From positions 16,746 to 80,745 of the forward strand of contig JABLWZ010000009.1 of the NCBI GenBank assembly GCA_013178275.1: a DNA stretch of 64,000 nt, given 5' to 3'. The position numbers were made by a program, and so were the translations under genes. Positions within the stretch are counted from its first letter, which is position 1. Every line of letters begins with the position of its first letter. This stretch comes from Bacillota bacterium. Its GTDB lineage: Bacteria > Bacillota > Ch66 > Ch109. Under the pieces are notes generated by a model, which ran no database searches, was not told the origin of the DNA, and was given only the letters and a program-made list of their open reading frames with translations. This document shows positions 9,270 to 23,150 of the stretch, in pieces.

Positions 9270-12200
9270 TTACGCTCCCATCAACTGCAGTACTGCCCGG
9301 GTCTGCTGGTTTGCCTGGGCCAGCATGGCAGTTCCGGCCTGGGAAAGAATGTTCCAGCGGGTGAATGAGATGGTCTCCTGCACGACGTCTGCGTCGCGGA
9401 TTCGGGATTCGGACGAGGTCAGGTTCTCGGAGGCCACGTTCAGGTTGTTGATGGTGTGCTCGATACGGTTCTGTATGGCCCCCAGGCTGGAGCGCTGCGA
9501 GGATACCCGCATTATGGCGTTGTCGATCTTGGTAATCGCTCTTCCCGCCGACGTTCGGTCGGTCACTATAATGTTGTTCACGCCCAGCGCCAGGGTGTCC
9601 ATCCGGCCGATCGCCGCGCTCAGGTCCTGCTTCTCGTTCGCCCCGATCTGGAAGACCTGGGTGTTATCCGACAGGTGGACGTAGGTGGTGTAAGCCTGGG
9701 TGTCCGCCTGCAGGTCCCAGTTCTTCGCGGCGGCGTCATACGAGGCCCGGATGCCCGCGTTGGGGTCGAACACCACGTCCACGTTCTTATGCACCGCGCC
9801 CACTAAAAGATTTCCCGCGATGTTCACGTCCTTCGCCACGTAGGCCCCGGTGTGGGCGTCCAGCACGTCGACCTGGAACCGGTTCTCGGTGGCGTCCTGG
9901 ATGGTGGTCAGGCTCAGGGCGTTAATCAGCGGCTCATCCCCGATGAAGCTGATCTTCCCGTTGTCTCCCGCGATCAGGGAGCGGATCACGAAGGTGCCCC
10001 CCACCGCCTCCAGCCCGCCGGCGTCCCCCTCGGTCACGTAGCTCACGAACCTGTCCCACTCGGCTCCGGTGACGTAGGCCCCCTGCCCCAGCCCGGCGGC
10101 GATCGCGTGGTTCAGCTTGTCCCGCACGTCCTCGACGGTGTCGGTGCTGTACAGGGTGATCGAGGCCCGCCTCCCGTCCCCCTGGATCAGGGTGACGGTC
10201 TTCGGGTCCTGCAGCAGGAAGTTGCCGCTGGAGTCCCAGAACTTGTCGATGTCGTAAAGCCTGGTGGACAGCTCGGCCAGGCTGCCGGTCTGATCCCCGA
10301 CCTGAATGGCCGCCCCGGCCTTATCCCCGGTCTGCCAGGTCACCGTCTGGTCGACCGCATCATTCGTCCCAAAAAAGCCTATGCGGTGGTCGTAAACCTG
10401 CCCGCTGCTTTCGTCCATGGTAAAGTAGTACATGTTCCACTTGTCAGGCTCATCGAAAGTCCCCACCCAGGTGAAATTCATATAGTCCGAAGCATCCTCC
10501 ACCCCGGTTTCCGCGTCCCGGAACCGTGAGCTCAACGTGAGCTGAATGTCGTTAATGAAAAAAGCGGCGCGGGAGGAATCAACGATAAACTTGTCGCCGA
10601 CCGTCAGCTTATCGGCGCTGCCCAGGGTGATATCGTATCCACCGTGATCTCCGAGATCTCCGATCGCCCCGGTAGCGGTGGTCGCCCCGGCGTTCAGGGT
10701 GACCGTCTGGATTCCGTTATGCCAGCACATTTCGCTGTCGAATTCTCCGTACCACATTGAAACAGCCAATTTGACCTGATTCCCGTCGATCCCGACAATC
10801 TCGAAGAGCATACTGGCATTGTGAAATTCATCGACATTGGAGATTGCCGCGCTCACCCAGCCGGTCTCGCCTTTTTGGCTGTACGCGTACTGGACGCTGG
10901 CGCTGGCGTCGACCGGGCCGGTCGGAAGCTTCGCCTCCAGGGTGTAGTTCATGGAAGCGATCCAGCCGTCCCCGGACACCCCGGTGAGATTAGGGCCGGC
11001 GACAAAGTTTTGGGTGGTGACGGATTCGCTCAGGGTAGTGGAGGAGAAGGTGATCTTGGCCTCCCGCAGTTCCCCGGTGGACGAGTCCAACTGGAAAAAA
11101 TTCAGGTCCCGGTCGGTCTGGTTGTCCATGACCCCATCGTCGAACGTCCACTCCATGTTGTAGTTCCCTCCGCGCAGCTGCAGGGCGTCGTCGCCGTCAT
11201 AGGTTTCAGAGGTGATGTTCAGGAGGAACTTATCGCCGATGCTGAAGTGGTCCCGATCGGAGAGATGAAATGCGTTCCGGTTCAACGCGAGGTTTCCGAT
11301 AACCAGGTCCGCGTCCTGGTCGCTCCCATTTGTCTTAAGGGTCACGCCTTCCAGCGATACCCGCTGCCAGGTACCGTCGGTCTGGTACTCTTGGGAAATT
11401 ATCTTAACGGTTATTTCGTCGGTGGCGGTGCTGACCCCGGTCACCTCGAACGCCAGAGAGGCATTCGGCCCGCCAAAGCTGGTCAGCTTTATCGCGATCG
11501 TTTCGGCAATCTCCAGCAGGCCGCTCCCGTTCGCGGTGTTCTGCTGATAGGTACCCGCCAGCCAGGTCTTGTCCCGGTCCGAGATGAACACACTTTTTTC
11601 ATCCACCTGCGACACGTTCAAGGTATAGCTGCCGGCTTTTAACCCGCTTTCGGACAGGGAGGTGATTCCAGAGACGGGATCGATCGTGATGCTAGAAACG
11701 CTGCCCCCGGTGGTACTGCCGTGCTTGAGTTTTAAGATGTCGCTTTTCTGAACCTGGGCATCACCCGGGGTGGCTGTGATCTCTATTTTATAGTTGCCGC
11801 CGCCCGCTCGTTTCTGGCCGAATGAATCGGTAACCCGCAGGCCGTCGCGGACGATAACCCGGGTCTGCAGCTTGTCGGAACTGGACAGCGCCGACGCCGT
11901 GCCGTCCAGCAGCTTCTTGGTGTTGAACTCGGTGGTGTTGGCGATGCGGTCGATCTCGTCCTTGAGCTGGTCGATCTCCCTCTGGACCTCCGTGCGGTCG
12001 TTCATGGTGAGGGTGTCGTTGGCGGCCTGCACCGACAGCTCGCGCATCCGCTGCAGGATGGCGTGGGTCTCGGTCAGCGCCCCCTCGGCGGTTGCAGGAG
12101 CGAGATGCCGTCCTGGGCGTTCCTCACCGCCTGGGTGAGCCCTCGGATCTGGCCGCGCATTATTTCGGATATGGCCAGGCCGGCCGCGTCATCGGCTGCC

Positions 12201-12313
12201 CGGTTGATGCGCAGACCGGAAGCGAGCCGTTCGATCAATTTCGCGGCTTGAGCGCTGCTCCGGTTGAGGTGATTGTATGAATTGAGCGCAGGCAGATTGT
12301 GATAGATCCGCAT
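9270..12313 (-). pseudogene. giant flagellin (about 1,000 aa if repaired) interrupted by a 1-nt deletion
   Basis: ORF 12074..12313 encodes the flagellin N-terminus ([16 protein letters not shown]...[16 protein letters not shown]...GISLLQ). ORF 9270..12047 continues in another frame with ([15 protein letters not shown])MRELSVQAANDT... and ends with the flagellin C-terminus (...LGAIQNRIEHTINNL...SRIRDADV...LAQANQ). The sequence CTGCAACCGCC at about 12092 needs one extra A to read LQTAEG. Confidence 0.85.
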
Positions 12314-12403
12314 AGCGTCTCCTCCGTGAGACTGTGGGTTCCGCTTCCGTGCGAAAATATGTATTTCATTTATTATATCACAGAGATCTTATTGGACAAA
12401 ATG

Positions 12404-12838
12404 CTAATGACCTCTTTTTTCTTCCCAAAGCCGTGTACGTTCTTCAAAACTCACTTCTTGGTGCATTTGATGTAGCATCCATAGATAGCCGAAAGCATCG
12501 CAGAATATGGCGTTTGACACCCCGTAATCAGGCAATTCGGTAACAGCCTGTATCTCAGTGCAGCCCGCGCTGACTGCTTTGGCATAGGTATCCTTGATGT
12601 CAGGGACAAGGATGTTAAACCAAATCGATTTGGGTTCATCCGGGTCTGGCGCTTTCAATGCAAATTTCGGGTTTTCATCCAACATGTGAAAGCGTACTCC
12701 GTACAGCGTAAAAATGACTTCATTTTCACCCTGGGGAAAATTAGAAACCTCAACCCGTTCGATGTCAAATATTTTTTCGTATAATTCCAGCGCTTTCAGG
12801 CTGTCCGCAACCACCATATCAATTTCTGTTCCGACCAT
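12404..12838 (-). CDS. VOC (glyoxalase/PhnB-like) family protein
   Basis: 144 aa. The size and the beta-alpha-beta-beta-beta-like pattern (...FTLYGVRFHMLDENP...DAFGYLWML) resemble PhnB/VOC proteins. Assignment from memory. Confidence 0.55.
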   Translation of the reverse strand: MVGTEIDMVVADSLKALELYEKIFDIERVEVSNFPQGENEVIFTLYGVRFHMLDENPKFALKAPDPDEPKSIWFNILVPDIKDTYAKAVSAGCTEIQAVTELPDYGVSNAIFCDAFGYLWMLHQMHQEVSFEERTRLWEEKRGH

Positions 12839-12955
12839 TTTAAATGCACTCCCTTTATAGTCATTCTATTATCATCTCCATATAAATTATTTTTTAATAC
12901 ACGTCACCCGTTTTTCGGCCAAAGTACATAATTCTAAACCGGGGAGTGACCATAT

Positions 12956-14617
12956 TTAGCTGAGACTTTTATCGGTCATCATCTTGATAAAGATGGGAAC
13001 CAGGGTAGGATCAAACTGGGTCCCGGCTTTGAGGCAAAGTTCATGCAGCGCTTCGTCTGCAGTCCTGGCGGGTTGATAAGGTTGCTGGTGGGTCATGACA
13101 TCAAAGGCGTCCAAAATAGATATGATACGTGACAAAAGAGGGATCTCTTCTTCTTTAAGTCCCTGGGGATAGCCTTGGCCGTTCCACCATTCATGGTGAT
13201 ATAGAATAATATCGGCGAGATGGGCAAATTCTCCGGACGCGTGAGCAATTCGATAACCAACCTCGGCATGTTTTTTCATAATAAACCATTCTGATTCATC
13301 AAGACGGGACTTCTTCAGCACAATAGCTTCAGATATGCCGATTTTACCGATGTCATGCAGATTTGCCGCCTGCACAAGGTTAGTAAGGTTCTCCTTGGAA
13401 AAATTAAGAATCTGTGCGAACTCTTCAGCGAGAGATTCCAATCTTTCAATGTGTTCCTTGGTTTCATAGCCTTTTTTCTGCAGCAGCTTAACCAAGGTTT
13501 CAGCGATGGCCCACCTGGCTTTCTTGCCTTCGATAAGCTTGGTTTCATACATCAATCCTTCAGCTTCTTTTAAGACCTCGGACAGATCCGCTTCACTATC
13601 GGTTTTAGTCGCTGCACCCAGGGATATGCTTAAAACGATATCCGTCTCCTGATCGCTTTAACCGGCTGCGTTGATCTTATGTCCGATATCGAGAGCCGTT
13701 TCTTGGTCCGTGTTTGGAAGAATAATAGCGAACTCATCGCCGCCCCATCTCGCTGTAATATCGTTTGGACGACAAGACTGTTGAATCATGGAGGCCATCC
13801 TTTTAAGCCAGTTATCTCCCTCCTGGTGCCCAAAAACATCATTAACGAATTTTAGTCCGTTCATATCGCCAACGAGCACGGAGATGGGCAGGCAGTCATT
13901 GTTTGCCGCCAGCTCTTTTATCTTCTTGTCAAAATAAGTCTTGTTATACAGTCCAGTTAATTCGTCGTGGGAAGTGAGGTAAGTTATGTGAGCCAGTCCT
14001 CGCTCGATCTCATCTTTTTTCTCTTTAAAGAAAAGCTGGATAAGGCCAATTGCATTGAAGACCAGGATTAGATGCGAAACAATGTAGGGAGCCATCTGAG
14101 GCATTTTTAGAATATAAGAAAAAGTAACCGTATTGACAACCCAGGCTATATTTAATAAACCTAAAAAAAGAGCGAGATTGCCATACCTCCCGGCTGCCCT
14201 GATCATAGCTACGCCTACCCAGGAGGATAGAGCAAATACCGCTAAAAAGGTGTATTTAATCAGCTGCAGATCCGACCAACTGCTTGAGAAAAGAATAAAA
14301 AATAATAACCAGATCATTCCGGCGCTTAAAAACAGGGGTATTCCGGCCTTGATTTTCAGGAATAATAAAGTGCCCCAGGATATTAAAAGGTTTGCCAAGA
14401 AATATGAACCTAGACTAAGAAATAAAATCAGGTGATTTTGTCTCAGCAGGTCAGGGTAAAAAGCATCCAGGCTATAATTAAACGCAATCACGGCCCAGCC
14501 GATAAACCACAGGCCAAGAAAAAGCCTGCGTTCAAACATAAAGATATAGACATACAGCATCAGTAAGACAGAAATAGCCCCGAGTGAGACAATTAATAGT
14601 ATGGCAGAAGCTTGCAT
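12956..14617 (-). pseudogene. membrane-anchored GGDEF + HD-GYP protein containing an in-frame TAA stop
   Basis: ORF 13658..14617 has 8-9 TM helices and a GGDEF domain up to ...ARWGGDEFAIILP...HKINAAG. TAA at 13658-13660 follows. The same frame continues SDQETDIVLSISLGAATKTDSEADLSEVLKEAEGLMYETKL (the missing end of the GGDEF domain) and runs into ORF 12956..13555 (HD-GYP: HDIGKIGI...HHEWWNGQGYPQG). Confidence 0.8.
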
Positions 14618-14729
14618 AGTTCGCTCCTATTAAAGCAGGCTATTTTTAGTCCAATTTTACCAGATAGCTTTGCTGACAGCCCGACTATTTTCCTCTAATC
14701 GATGAATCTGCTTTTTTAAGAACTCGATT

Positions 14730-16004
14730 TCAGCACTCCAGCATAATCTTAAGGATTTGCTCGTCGGTTTCTTTCATTCCGTCACGCGCCATTCTTCCCA
14801 CTGAAGCGATGGTGTCTTCGATGTCGCTTTTAACCAGTCCGTCGCCGGGGAGATACGCCTTGTGGTCTAAAGCCAGCAGATGCGCCATTATTGCTGCATC
14901 CAGGCTGGCCGCGATCTTAATCCCGCAGGACGGCTTGGCGCCGTCGCAGACAATCCCCGAGACGTTAGCCAGGGTATTGGTGATGGTCATCTTGATCTGT
15001 TCCAGGCTTCCGCCGGCCAAATAGGTGACGGCGGCCCCGCTGGCGCATGAAGCGCTTACGACCCCGCAAAAGGCCGAGAGTCTTCCTATTAGTGTCTTTT
15101 GGTGAATGGTTAGCAGATTGGACAGCACCAGAGCCCTTGTAAGCCGTTCCTCACCGATTCCCTTTTCCCGGGCATAAACAATCACCGGAACCGAGGAAGC
15201 GATACCTTGATTACCGCTTCCCGAATTGGTCGTAACCGGAAGTTCGGACCCGCTCATCCGCGCTTCCGAGGCGGAGGCGGTATAGGCTTTCATCTTGTTG
15301 AAAATGCCGGCCGGTCCGTATTCTAACAGGGTAGCGCCGATATTGACCCCATAATGGCCTTTAAGCCCTTCCTCGGCAATCGCCATATTATTCTCTATCT
15401 GTTGCTCAACCAGATCACTGACCTGCTTGAGATCGACATTTTCGGCAAAATGAAAGATATCGTCCACGTTCAGAATGCTGCGATCAGTTAACATCCCCAG
15501 ATAATTTTCGGCCAAAGCCGGCTGTTCATAGACCGCCTGTCCATTTCTCTCGATTTTAACTATATTGGTATGAAGGTCTTGGATTTCCACTTTGACGGAA
15601 TCCTGATCAGCCGAAACCTCAACAATAATATGCAGGGATTTATCCGAATCCAGCGCCGACACCCGGCAAAGGCCCTTCTCCAACAGCTCCGAGACTTTCA
15701 CGGCGTGCCGTTTCTCCAGTTGGGAAAGAACCTCCATCCGGCGGTCGGCATTTCCGCCCACAATCCCTGCCAAGGCGCTGGCCTCAATTCCTTTAAGGCC
15801 TCCGGTGTTAGGTACAATCACGCTTTTGACATTCTTGATGATGTTTCCACTGCAGGAAATTTTTATCCTTGCCGGGAAAACGCCCAGAACATCTCTGGCT
15901 GTCGCTGCCGCGTAAGCGATCGCGATTGGTTCCGTGCACCCAAGAGCTGGAACCATTTCCTCCCTGAGGATTTCAAGATATTTTTTGTATTTCAACTCTT
16001 CCAT
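14730..16004 (-). CDS. UPF0597/YhaM-family L-cysteine desulfidase-like protein
   Basis: 424 aa. N-terminal ...MVPALGCTEPIAIAYAAA... and the overall size match the serine-dehydratase-alpha-like UPF0597 family, from memory. Confidence 0.7.
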   Translation of the reverse strand: MEELKYKKYLEILREEMVPALGCTEPIAIAYAAATARDVLGVFPARIKISCSGNIIKNVKSVIVPNTGGLKGIEASALAGIVGGNADRRMEVLSQLEKRHAVKVSELLEKGLCRVSALDSDKSLHIIVEVSADQDSVKVEIQDLHTNIVKIERNGQAVYEQPALAENYLGMLTDRSILNVDDIFHFAENVDLKQVSDLVEQQIENNMAIAEEGLKGHYGVNIGATLLEYGPAGIFNKMKAYTASASEARMSGSELPVTTNSGSGNQGIASSVPVIVYAREKGIGEERLTRALVLSNLLTIHQKTLIGRLSAFCGVVSASCASGAAVTYLAGGSLEQIKMTITNTLANVSGIVCDGAKPSCGIKIAASLDAAIMAHLLALDHKAYLPGDGLVKSDIEDTIASVGRMARDGMKETDEQILKIMLEC

Positions 16005-16245
16005 AATCTACGGCCTTTACCTAAATTTAATAAATTTTTCAGCGTTTCTTCTATAAACCTTATTTTAACTTCAGGAGGTAGATCTTTAGCACAATACATT
16101 CTCATTATTCGCTTTTAAATCCATCATTAATATATAAGGATCTCTCCAGGCCGCAGCAATTCAAATTGCCTCCTTAACTTAAGTCAATGAAATATCACAT
16201 CCACCATGCTATGATACCTTATAAAAAGGAGGTACCCATATATTG

Positions 16246-16956
16246 ATGTCAGAAAAAATATCACTGCGTAAAATATCTTTAATTATTGGAACAGCCATGT
16301 TCATTATGGCAATTTGTTCAGGTTTTTCTTATGGAGTAGTTCACAACAGCATCTTTATTAAAGGCGATGCGACTGCAACCATGAGTAATATTCTTAAATC
16401 CATTTCACTTTTCCGTGCTGAAATTTTCTGCTGGCTGATTATTCTATTATGCGATATAACCGTTTCATGGGCACTATATATTTACCTAAGGCAGGTAGAT
16501 AAATGCCTTTCCCTGCTTGGCGCATGTTTTCGTTTATTATATTCCGCTATTTTGGGGATAGCCATTTCAAATTTAATTTATATATTACTATTATCAAGTG
16601 GAGATAACTATTTAGCAGCAATTCAACCTGATCAATTGAAAGCTCAATTGATGCTGTATGTAAACGCATTTAACAATGTATGGTCGTTTGGTTTGATTAT
16701 ATTTGGTCTTCACCTTTTTGTCATTGGTTATTTGGTTCTAAGTTCGAACTTTATACCTAGATTCCTGGGAATCCTCCTGTTAATAGCTTCATTCAGTTAT
16801 ATTATCATACATTCGTTGCATTTATTTATTCCGCAATATGAAAATACAACCGTGCTCTTCGAAAAAATACTAAGCCTGCCGATGGCTGCCGGTGAATTGG
16901 GTTTTGGTTTATGGCTCCTGATTAAAGGTGGAAAAATTCCCGGGATAAGTAGATGA
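16246..16956 (+). CDS. DUF4386-like integral membrane protein
   Basis: About 236 aa with 6 predicted TM helices. GGAGG lies upstream of TTG 16243 and ATG 16246. Family assignment from memory. Confidence 0.55.
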   Translation: MSEKISLRKISLIIGTAMFIMAICSGFSYGVVHNSIFIKGDATATMSNILKSISLFRAEIFCWLIILLCDITVSWALYIYLRQVDKCLSLLGACFRLLYSAILGIAISNLIYILLLSSGDNYLAAIQPDQLKAQLMLYVNAFNNVWSFGLIIFGLHLFVIGYLVLSSNFIPRFLGILLLIASFSYIIIHSLHLFIPQYENTTVLFEKILSLPMAAGELGFGLWLLIKGGKIPGISR

Positions 16957-16960
16957 ATCC

Positions 16961-17524
16961 CTATAAACCGCTGTCCTTGGAGAGCCTTTTCTTTATTCTG
17001 CTTAAAGACTCCGGGGTTATCCCAAGATAGCTGGCCAATTGGTGTTGTGGAACACGTTTTACCAATCCGGGACGCTTTTTCAATAGGCTGAGGTACCGCT
17101 CTTCGGGTGATGCCCCCATAAACACTGCACGTTCCTCCTGTGCTTCACCAAAATTCAATTCTAAAATCGATCTCGTTATTTTAATAAGTTCCGGAAATTT
17201 ATGATACATTCTTTCTTCTGAATCCAAATCTCCGACCAGCAATGTAGAATCTTCTATACAAGACAAATAATAATCGGAAGGTACTCTTTGCTTATAACTC
17301 TTAAACATTACAACAGCCTGCTCCTCGGTAAAGAAATTATATGTAGTTTCTTTACCATCCTCATCACAAGAGTACTGCCTTATACAACCAGCCAATACAA
17401 AATAACACCTGCTCGATATTTCTCCTTGTCTGAGAAGTATTGTTCCTTTTTTATAAGTTTCTACGAGCAAGTCCTTCGCCATTTCCAGTATTTCCTCTTT
17501 ATTAAGAGAAGTGCTTTTTCCCAA
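16961..17524 (-). CDS. Crp/Fnr family transcriptional regulator
   Basis: cNMP-binding-like N-terminus (LLRQGEISSRCYFVLAGCIRQY) and a C-terminal HTH (QHQLASYLGITPESLSRIKKRL). Confidence 0.8.
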   Translation of the reverse strand: MGKSTSLNKEEILEMAKDLLVETYKKGTILLRQGEISSRCYFVLAGCIRQYSCDEDGKETTYNFFTEEQAVVMFKSYKQRVPSDYYLSCIEDSTLLVGDLDSEERMYHKFPELIKITRSILELNFGEAQEERAVFMGASPEERYLSLLKKRPGLVKRVPQHQLASYLGITPESLSRIKKRLSKDSGL

Positions 17525-17633
17525 AAATTGCAGCAGATGCCTGTTTATTTTATCTCACCCCTTTGTATAGAAGGTACACGTATTCACATTGACACAACCC
17601 CTTAATTCTAACGACGCTTTCCACATACCGGTG

Positions 17634-18332
17634 TTAACTATAAATTTTTCGCCGGCTGAGCTGTATCAGCTTACAGCCGACTAAAAGAAGCCAGGTTAAT
17701 GTAAGGACAGATGTGATGACCACGGCCATACCTAAAAAAGAAACAAAGAATGGTCCAACCGCCGAAACAATTCCAATAATACCCGTCACAATACCAAGAA
17801 ATCCCGCGGCTTTACCAAAGATGCCTTTCAGCATTACAGTTCCGATTATGAGTATGCCCAGCGAGGGCATGAGAATTGTATATATGCCAAACAATTTGGA
17901 TGACAGTACTTCAGTCGCAGCCGCGACAAGAGCCAGCCGCTGCGAATCATCAACTGCTGCGGCGTACTTACGGCCGAGGTCTATAAGCGCTGCATAATTG
18001 GGCCATGTGACAGCCATATCCAAAACAACGAATAGAACCAGGAAACTGACGCCTGCGAATGCAGCATTTTTATCGAGTTCTTTAAGTGCCGTGTAAATTG
18101 ACCACCCAACCGGCAAAAAGAGTACATCGGTTAATACCGATAAACCAAGAATTGACCACCATTCATCCGTGTGCCCGGCGAGATGCCTGAGCCATTCCTC
18201 AACTCCTCCAGGCAAAGCGCCGCCGATAACATACAAGACGGTAATTATTATATAGGATATACCCAAAACAAGTGCAGATACACCCCCTGCACGATATAAG
18301 CCGCTTTTATTTAGATCGGTAGAATTGCCCAT
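17634..18332 (-). CDS. DUF4386-like integral membrane protein
   Basis: ATG at 18332 lies 8 nt after GGAAGGAG. Multi-TM protein. Its last 22 or so codons are duplicated as a remnant at 23603-23680. Confidence 0.55.
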   Translation of the reverse strand: MGNSTDLNKSGLYRAGGVSALVLGISYIIITVLYVIGGALPGGVEEWLRHLAGHTDEWWSILGLSVLTDVLFLPVGWSIYTALKELDKNAAFAGVSFLVLFVVLDMAVTWPNYAALIDLGRKYAAAVDDSQRLALVAAATEVLSSKLFGIYTILMPSLGILIIGTVMLKGIFGKAAGFLGIVTGIIGIVSAVGPFFVSFLGMAVVITSVLTLTWLLLVGCKLIQLSRRKIYS

Positions 18333-18458
18333 GTAACACGCTCCTTCCTGAATCATTAATAGTTTAAGTTAGCGCCGGATTTCTTATCCCGAAATGCATT
18401 ATAGTAAAAACAATACCGCGGCTTCAACCACGTTCAATCTTCACCACGCATTTAACGT

Positions 18459-18486
18459 GCTTTGGGACGACGATTCGGGTAAAATT
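18459..18486 (-). repeat. degenerate partial copy of the conserved ~50-nt intergenic element
   Basis: GCTTTGGGACGACGATTCGGGTAAAATT aligns with CTTGGGGCGACGATTCGGATAATTTTT of the copy at 37494-37545. Confidence 0.4.
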
Positions 18487-18562
18487 AAGACCCGGATGCA
18501 CTTCCGAGTCTTAAAACATATTTTTCTGTTTGATTAAATGTGATATTGGGAAAGCCTATTTT

Positions 18563-19771
18563 TTATAGATGATCGATACTGCTATGTGCGAAGTCTTTTT
18601 TGTCCAAAGCCAGCATCAGGGCTTCAACAATGGAAGCCCTACCCCTTTGGCTTTGGCGCAGTTTTTCTTTGTACATGTTGCTGTCCGCTTCTCTGAACGT
18701 CTGATCCAGATCCGGGGGAAAACGGTCAACGGCGTACCCCACGGAAATGCTTAGGGGCAGTTCAGGATGATTGGCATTATACAAGCACAGGGCTTGATAT
18801 ATGTCCTGATAAGCATGCTTAAGCCCTTCTTCATTATCTTCCAGCAGTATAGCGAACTCATCGCCGCCTATCCTGGCTACCAAGCCTCTTTTCGGGAAAA
18901 CACTTTGGATGATTCTTGCTGTTTCGATCAACAACAAGTCTCCTCTTTCATGACCGAGCGTATCATTGACCAGCTTCAAACCGTCCACATCACAGATAAT
19001 AATGCCTGTTGGTAGGCAATTTGTTTTTTCAGTTCGTTTTTCATTTTCCCGGCGTTTTATTTCCTGCTCAAAATAGTTTCGGTTGAAAAGCCCGGTGAGG
19101 GCGTCGTGAAAACTTAAATATTTTAATTCTTGTTCTATCCGCAGCAGCTCCCGGTTCTTCTTTTCAAAGTAATAATACAGAGTGCCGACTGCGCCGCCCA
19201 GAGCGAGTATATTTCCGATGAGAAAACCTACCGGGGCAAACCAGGGGTGCATATAAAGATAAGAAAAGTCCATGGCATGGATTCCCCATAAGATATAGGA
19301 ACAGCCAACAACAATTCTTACGCTGATATTTCTATCACCATACCGCAAGAACATGAAACCGTTATACATAACAGCTATACCGACAAAAATGCTCCACGGA
19401 ATCGCACTGAACAGATCGGATAAACCCAATAAAACACATGTTATTAACCAAACAACTGTTATTAGCGTTAAGTTCTTCCAAAGACGGGGCATTACGATTC
19501 CAAAAAACTGGTAAGCGGCGCGTAAGAGAAACCAGTTGGAGACAGATAAGCAAATCATATAGAGTGTTAAAAATGATTGACTAAGTGCTAATCCCCCAAA
19601 ACAACACAGGCCAATAAAAGCGAGAATCCAGGCAATCATCCAATTACGCAAATAATTTTCCCGGTTCTGAATATAAAGTAAAATAAAAATTATAGCAATG
19701 AAAATCGATTCGGCAACTGCTCCTACATGGGAAAATAATAAAATCGACAATTGAAACTCTCCAATCGACAC
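18563..19771 (-). CDS. membrane-anchored GGDEF diguanylate cyclase
   Basis: An N-terminal half of about 190 aa with multiple TM helices is followed by FHDALTGLFNRNYF...VARIGGDEFAILL...DSNMYKEK. Confidence 0.85.
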   Translation of the reverse strand: MSIGEFQLSILLFSHVGAVAESIFIAIIFILLYIQNRENYLRNWMIAWILAFIGLCCFGGLALSQSFLTLYMICLSVSNWFLLRAAYQFFGIVMPRLWKNLTLITVVWLITCVLLGLSDLFSAIPWSIFVGIAVMYNGFMFLRYGDRNISVRIVVGCSYILWGIHAMDFSYLYMHPWFAPVGFLIGNILALGGAVGTLYYYFEKKNRELLRIEQELKYLSFHDALTGLFNRNYFEQEIKRRENEKRTEKTNCLPTGIIICDVDGLKLVNDTLGHERGDLLLIETARIIQSVFPKRGLVARIGGDEFAILLEDNEEGLKHAYQDIYQALCLYNANHPELPLSISVGYAVDRFPPDLDQTFREADSNMYKEKLRQSQRGRASIVEALMLALDKKDFAHSSIDHL

Positions 19772-20094
19772 ACTGTCTGTAAGGAACCAATGTTAATATT
19801 CAACATTCCCGTAACGGTTGTCTCATTATCACATGTTAAAATTATAAATATTGCATCTAAATCTGGCAAGCCATGTCGGCGCTTTCTCGTGTGCTGGGCG
19901 CTGTATCCTCTCCTTGAACGCGGGCACTCTGCGCCAGAACTCGTATATAAGGAAAACCGCTATGTAAAATAGGGCGACCACCAACAGGAACTTAACTAAC
20001 ATGTGAATATTAAGATCGTTTCTCGTATGTCATCTTTTTTATCTCCTCAAGGGTCGCACAACTTCCAACTGCTATAAAGGAGTCTATGCACGTC

Positions 20095-20144
20095 CAAGCA
20101 GGCAGCAGCATTCCGTATGTGTTGTACTGATGATTCGGATATTT
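20095..20144 (-). repeat. conserved ~50-nt intergenic element, copy
   Basis: Minus strand: AAAATATCCGAATCATCAGTACAACACATACGGAATGCTGCTGCCTGCTTG. Near-identical blocks occur at 37494-37545 and 48803-48852. Confidence 0.6.
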
Positions 20145-20421
20145 TGGGGGTATAATAGCGTCCATGCTTACCAGATAAATGGTATTAGTTCGTATCTTAC
20201 CTTTGCTTCATCCTTCCGCTTCATCTTCGAGCGTTCGTGCTCTCCTATAAGTCAACGAAAAAGTCATCCGCCCGAGCCCCCTCTGGCCTCATCTCTCCCT
20301 GGCAGTCACAACCGGAGGCCCGGCTCTCCAGTAAATTAGGGCAAAACCCCACTATACCCCTAACTTTTACAGAAGTAGCAAATTATGGCAAGTAGTCATA
20401 TGCTATCATGCGTCATCTTAA

Positions 20422-23121
<2,700 letters not shown>

Positions 23122-23150
23122 CCGCCCGGGTAAAATACCTTCCACGTTTA

